A stretch of 64,000 nucleotides of DNA, taken from assembly GCA_030141605.1 (NCBI GenBank), contig JAQGDQ010000610.1, positions 1 to 64,000 of the forward strand. Direction: 5' to 3'. Below are positions 61,860-64,000 of the stretch, in pieces. The translations under genes and the position numbers were made by a program. The notes beneath the pieces are model-generated. The model had not been told where the DNA came from. It saw nothing but the letters and a program-made list of their open reading frames with translations, and did not search any database. Numbering within the stretch: the first letter of the stretch is position 1; each line of letters starts with the position of its first letter. This stretch comes from Tubiluchus corallicola (taxonomy: Eukaryota > Animalia > Priapulida).

Positions 61860-62452
61860 ATTCCTCAGTATCAGATTGATAAACTACAACATGTACACAA
61901 CACAGCAGCTTGAATTATTACAGGCATTCGTAAATATGATCACATAACTCCTGTTCTCATGCAGTTACACTGGTTGCCCGCTTCTTTCAGAATAAAATAC
62001 AAAATTCTTTTATTAACATTCAAAGCTCTGAATGATTTTGCGCCCTCCTATATATCTGATTTTTTGAAGTCATGTGTCCAATCGCAATCTTAGATCAATT
62101 AATTCATCGACGCTTGTACTGTGTTATAATCTAATCATATATGGTTCTTGTAGTTGTAGCGGTACCAAAATTGAGGAAGGATTTACAAATTCATGCACAT
62201 AAAATCAATACTGTTCAAAAGTTCAAATCATCCCTCAGAACTTATTTTTATAATGAAGCCTTTGTAATTAATTAGACTTATGGATTTAATTACGGCTGAT
62301 TTTATAAACATGTATTATGATTTTAGTTTTATTTATAACAGCCTATTGTGTATGTGCTATTTATGTGCTAACATTTTAAGTATGTAAAATGCACTTGTCC
62401 ATTTTTAATGTTAATGCAGTTTAAATATTCAATAAAAAATTATTATTATTAT
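61860..62452 (+). mobile_element. L2-clade LINE 3' end with UTR and (ATT)n tail
   Basis: KLQHVHNTAA*IITGIRKYDHITPVLMQLHWLPASFRIKYKILLLTFKALNDFAPSYISD. The 3' region resembles 28980-29320 and its copy at ~652-992. Confidence 0.85.
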
Positions 62453-64000
62453 TTACTATCCTCTTTACACATTGTGCCATCCTACATGCGCATAATAGAT
62501 CAACATCCTAAGTGCGTAACTGAAAGTCAGGCTGGAATTTGTGTGGTAAATTTGGTATGTATCCAGTCATGAAAATTTTAGTTGGCAAGGGTGCGGTGTC
62601 AGAAAAAGAAATGAGCGTAATATTAGGCCACTAAAAGCATAGAATACGAAAATAAATTACTTAAATCCTTTGAATAGTGAATAGAAAGAACATAATCAGT
62701 TTCTCAAATCACGGACAGTTTTCCAAAATACTGATCATAACTGATCACACATTTTTCGCTGATATCAGCACCGATTAATCAGCATAACACTGCGCACCGT
62801 TAATATCATGTTTTCCAACCTGGACTGACAGTAAGACGCAAACCATGTATTAATTTACTGACCAAGTTCAGCACTTTTCAACTTTCAATATTCAACTATT
62901 CCCTTGGACTCATTATGACAAAGACATGATATTTTAAATAAAAGTAGTTTGAGAAATTCGGCATTCCGGAAACATCTCGAATTAAATCAGTGAACGCAAC
63001 GACTGAATTACTAGTTCCAATTATGTGATTAAGCTAAATTTAAGATAAGATACAATACATTCCTAGATAAATTTTATACATTTCCAGATGAGCCAACTTA
63101 CGTTTTCCATAATACCTCGCAGGATCATAAGGGCCATGTATCTTAACGTTATATTCGGGCGGCACTTCACCGAAACCCATTTTGCATCATCTGCTAATTA
63201 AAAAAGTAAGTTAGCAAATAACACAATCAACACCACAGTTTCGGCAAATTGACCTCTGCCGTTCGTGTCTACTATCCAGGCATTTACGATTTTATTTTAA
63301 ACGATGATCGCTAATCAAAAATTCTGTAAATTTTTCATATTTAAAAAGTTAAACAAAAATAAATTTTTGTACCCGTAATAAAAATGAGTGACCTATAAAA
63401 TTCTAAGTGCAGCACGCTAACATTTTTATAACAACTAAATATTTGTGGTTTTGCTTCTAATCGATTAGTAAGTCGATTGACTGAGCACGGTAGATGCTTC
63501 GCACGCTTTGCATTCTGGGAAGTGGTTGTCATAACAATTTTTTGCTGTCAGTCATGAAATTTTGGAGGTTTTGCAGTTCTCGGTCACAAACTGAACCTTC
63601 TTCAACGATGCCACGGATATTAAGAGCAAAATGTGTTGTTATTGGTATAGCTTTTAGTGACTGATATTTGTGTTATTGCTGTTTTATTTTATTCATACAG
63701 ACTGTGAGTTTATGCTATAAATATAGTTATTGGGTGTTGTTTCAAAAATGTTTTCAGAATTTTGCAACAGAATTTTTTTTTCATTTTTGGGTATGAAAGT
63801 CAAATTAACAAAAAACTAATGGTAATTTTTGGGAACTTTGAGTAATTTTCTTATGCTGTTATTATTATTCACTATGCTTTATATATTAGAAACAACTAAG
63901 AAACACCCTTTATACTGAAATTAGCTCTAGATATCCAAACTTTACCTACTTGTTAGATGATGACAAACTAAAATTATTATTAGACTCAAACGATTACAGA

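Overview
AT-rich, intron-rich animal genomic DNA, probably a non-arthropod invertebrate (GT-AG introns, TTAGGG motifs, many MITE/LINE/Penelope remnants). Four protein-coding genes were reconstructed by hand: the first two coding exons of GRB2/drk on the minus strand (the rest probably lies left of the window), an intronless cyclin C (25517-26326), a 13-exon tepsin/ENTHD2 (32763-50714), and a 3-exon secreted 12-Cys single IGFBP-domain protein (54036-56177). The most unusual structure is at 1-3606. There, two mirror-image arrays of a TTAGGG-containing 28-bp satellite and a hAT-like terminus enclose a ~2-kb inverted copy of host DNA from 27437-29454, apparently inside a GRB2 intron. Also notable are a full-length 5S rRNA head fused to a terminator-free GC-rich body (SINE3-like), a minimal Penelope-type hammerhead ribozyme, and an inverted MITE pair bracketing an in-frame block of tepsin exons. 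All homology calls are from recall of known families; no database search was run.
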